Origin: Myxococcota bacterium
Lineage (GTDB): Bacteria > Myxococcota_A > UBA796
Direction of reading: 5' to 3'
Assembly: GCA_029251165.1 (NCBI GenBank)
Contig: JAQXDW010000052.1
Coordinates: 1,736 to 65,735 of the forward strand
Length of the DNA: 64,000 bases
Positions 63,865-64,000 of the stretch are shown here, in pieces. The notes under the pieces were generated by a model. The model ran no database searches. It saw nothing but the letters and a program-made list of their open reading frames with translations, and was not told the DNA's origin. The stretch's first letter is position 1. Every line of letters begins with the position of its first letter. The translations under genes were made by a program, and so were the position numbers.

Positions 63865-64000
63865 ATGATGAGCCAACTGGACGACATTGACTGGAGCGCC
63901 CTGAGCCACGCCTACGGCTCCGCCGACGACATCCCCGCCCACCTCCGCGCCCTCTCCAGCCCCGAGCAGGCCGACGCCGCGCTGGACGCGCTCTACGGCA
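63865..64000 (+). CDS. hypothetical protein, N-terminal fragment (runs off the window)
   Basis: From ATG at 63865: MMSQLDDIDWSALSHAYGSADDIPAHLRALSSPEQADAALDALYG. High GC3. Confidence 0.5.
   Translation, partial: MMSQLDDIDWSALSHAYGSADDIPAHLRALSSPEQADAALDALYG

Overview
High-GC (about 65-70%) bacterial chromosomal window. About 60 protein-coding genes are supportable; I found no rRNA, tRNA or CRISPR. Frequent lipobox lipoproteins, thrombospondin-type-3 (TSP3) Asp-rich repeats, a MYXO-CTERM-like sorting tail and an ECF sigma/anti-sigma pair suggest a Myxococcota-like organism (inference only). Most of the window is housekeeping or envelope metabolism: menB, tandem phosphofructokinase, acyl-CoA oxidase, POT peptide transporter, M20 and M50 peptidases, yghU-type GST, D-aminoacylase with TetR, TonB-dependent receptor, beta-lactamase-family hydrolase. 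Loci worth a second look: (1) 52973-55493, a three-gene locus around a protein with a perfect CDGSH 2Fe-2S signature fused to a TIR domain. This is my best candidate for an undescribed signalling or defence module. (2) 36514-38583, a cNMP-binding domain fused to an AMP-nucleosidase/PNP-like domain. (3) 44926-45492, a TlpA-like redoxin whose active-site position is an in-frame TGA followed by a SECIS-like hairpin, so a probable selenoprotein. It has Cys-containing and degenerate paralogues nearby. (4) 2400-8544, an accessory region partitioned by three direct copies of a repeat linked to a decayed IS91-family transposase. It includes a perfectly conserved 15-mer array and a low-GC islet. (5) A 50-nt element, or Cys-rich micro-ORF, conserved upstream of two exported-protein genes. 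(6) A 5 x 20-bp tandem array in a divergent promoter. Many long ORFs in the track are antisense artefacts of high GC and were discarded. All domain calls come from reading motifs by eye; no database search was possible.
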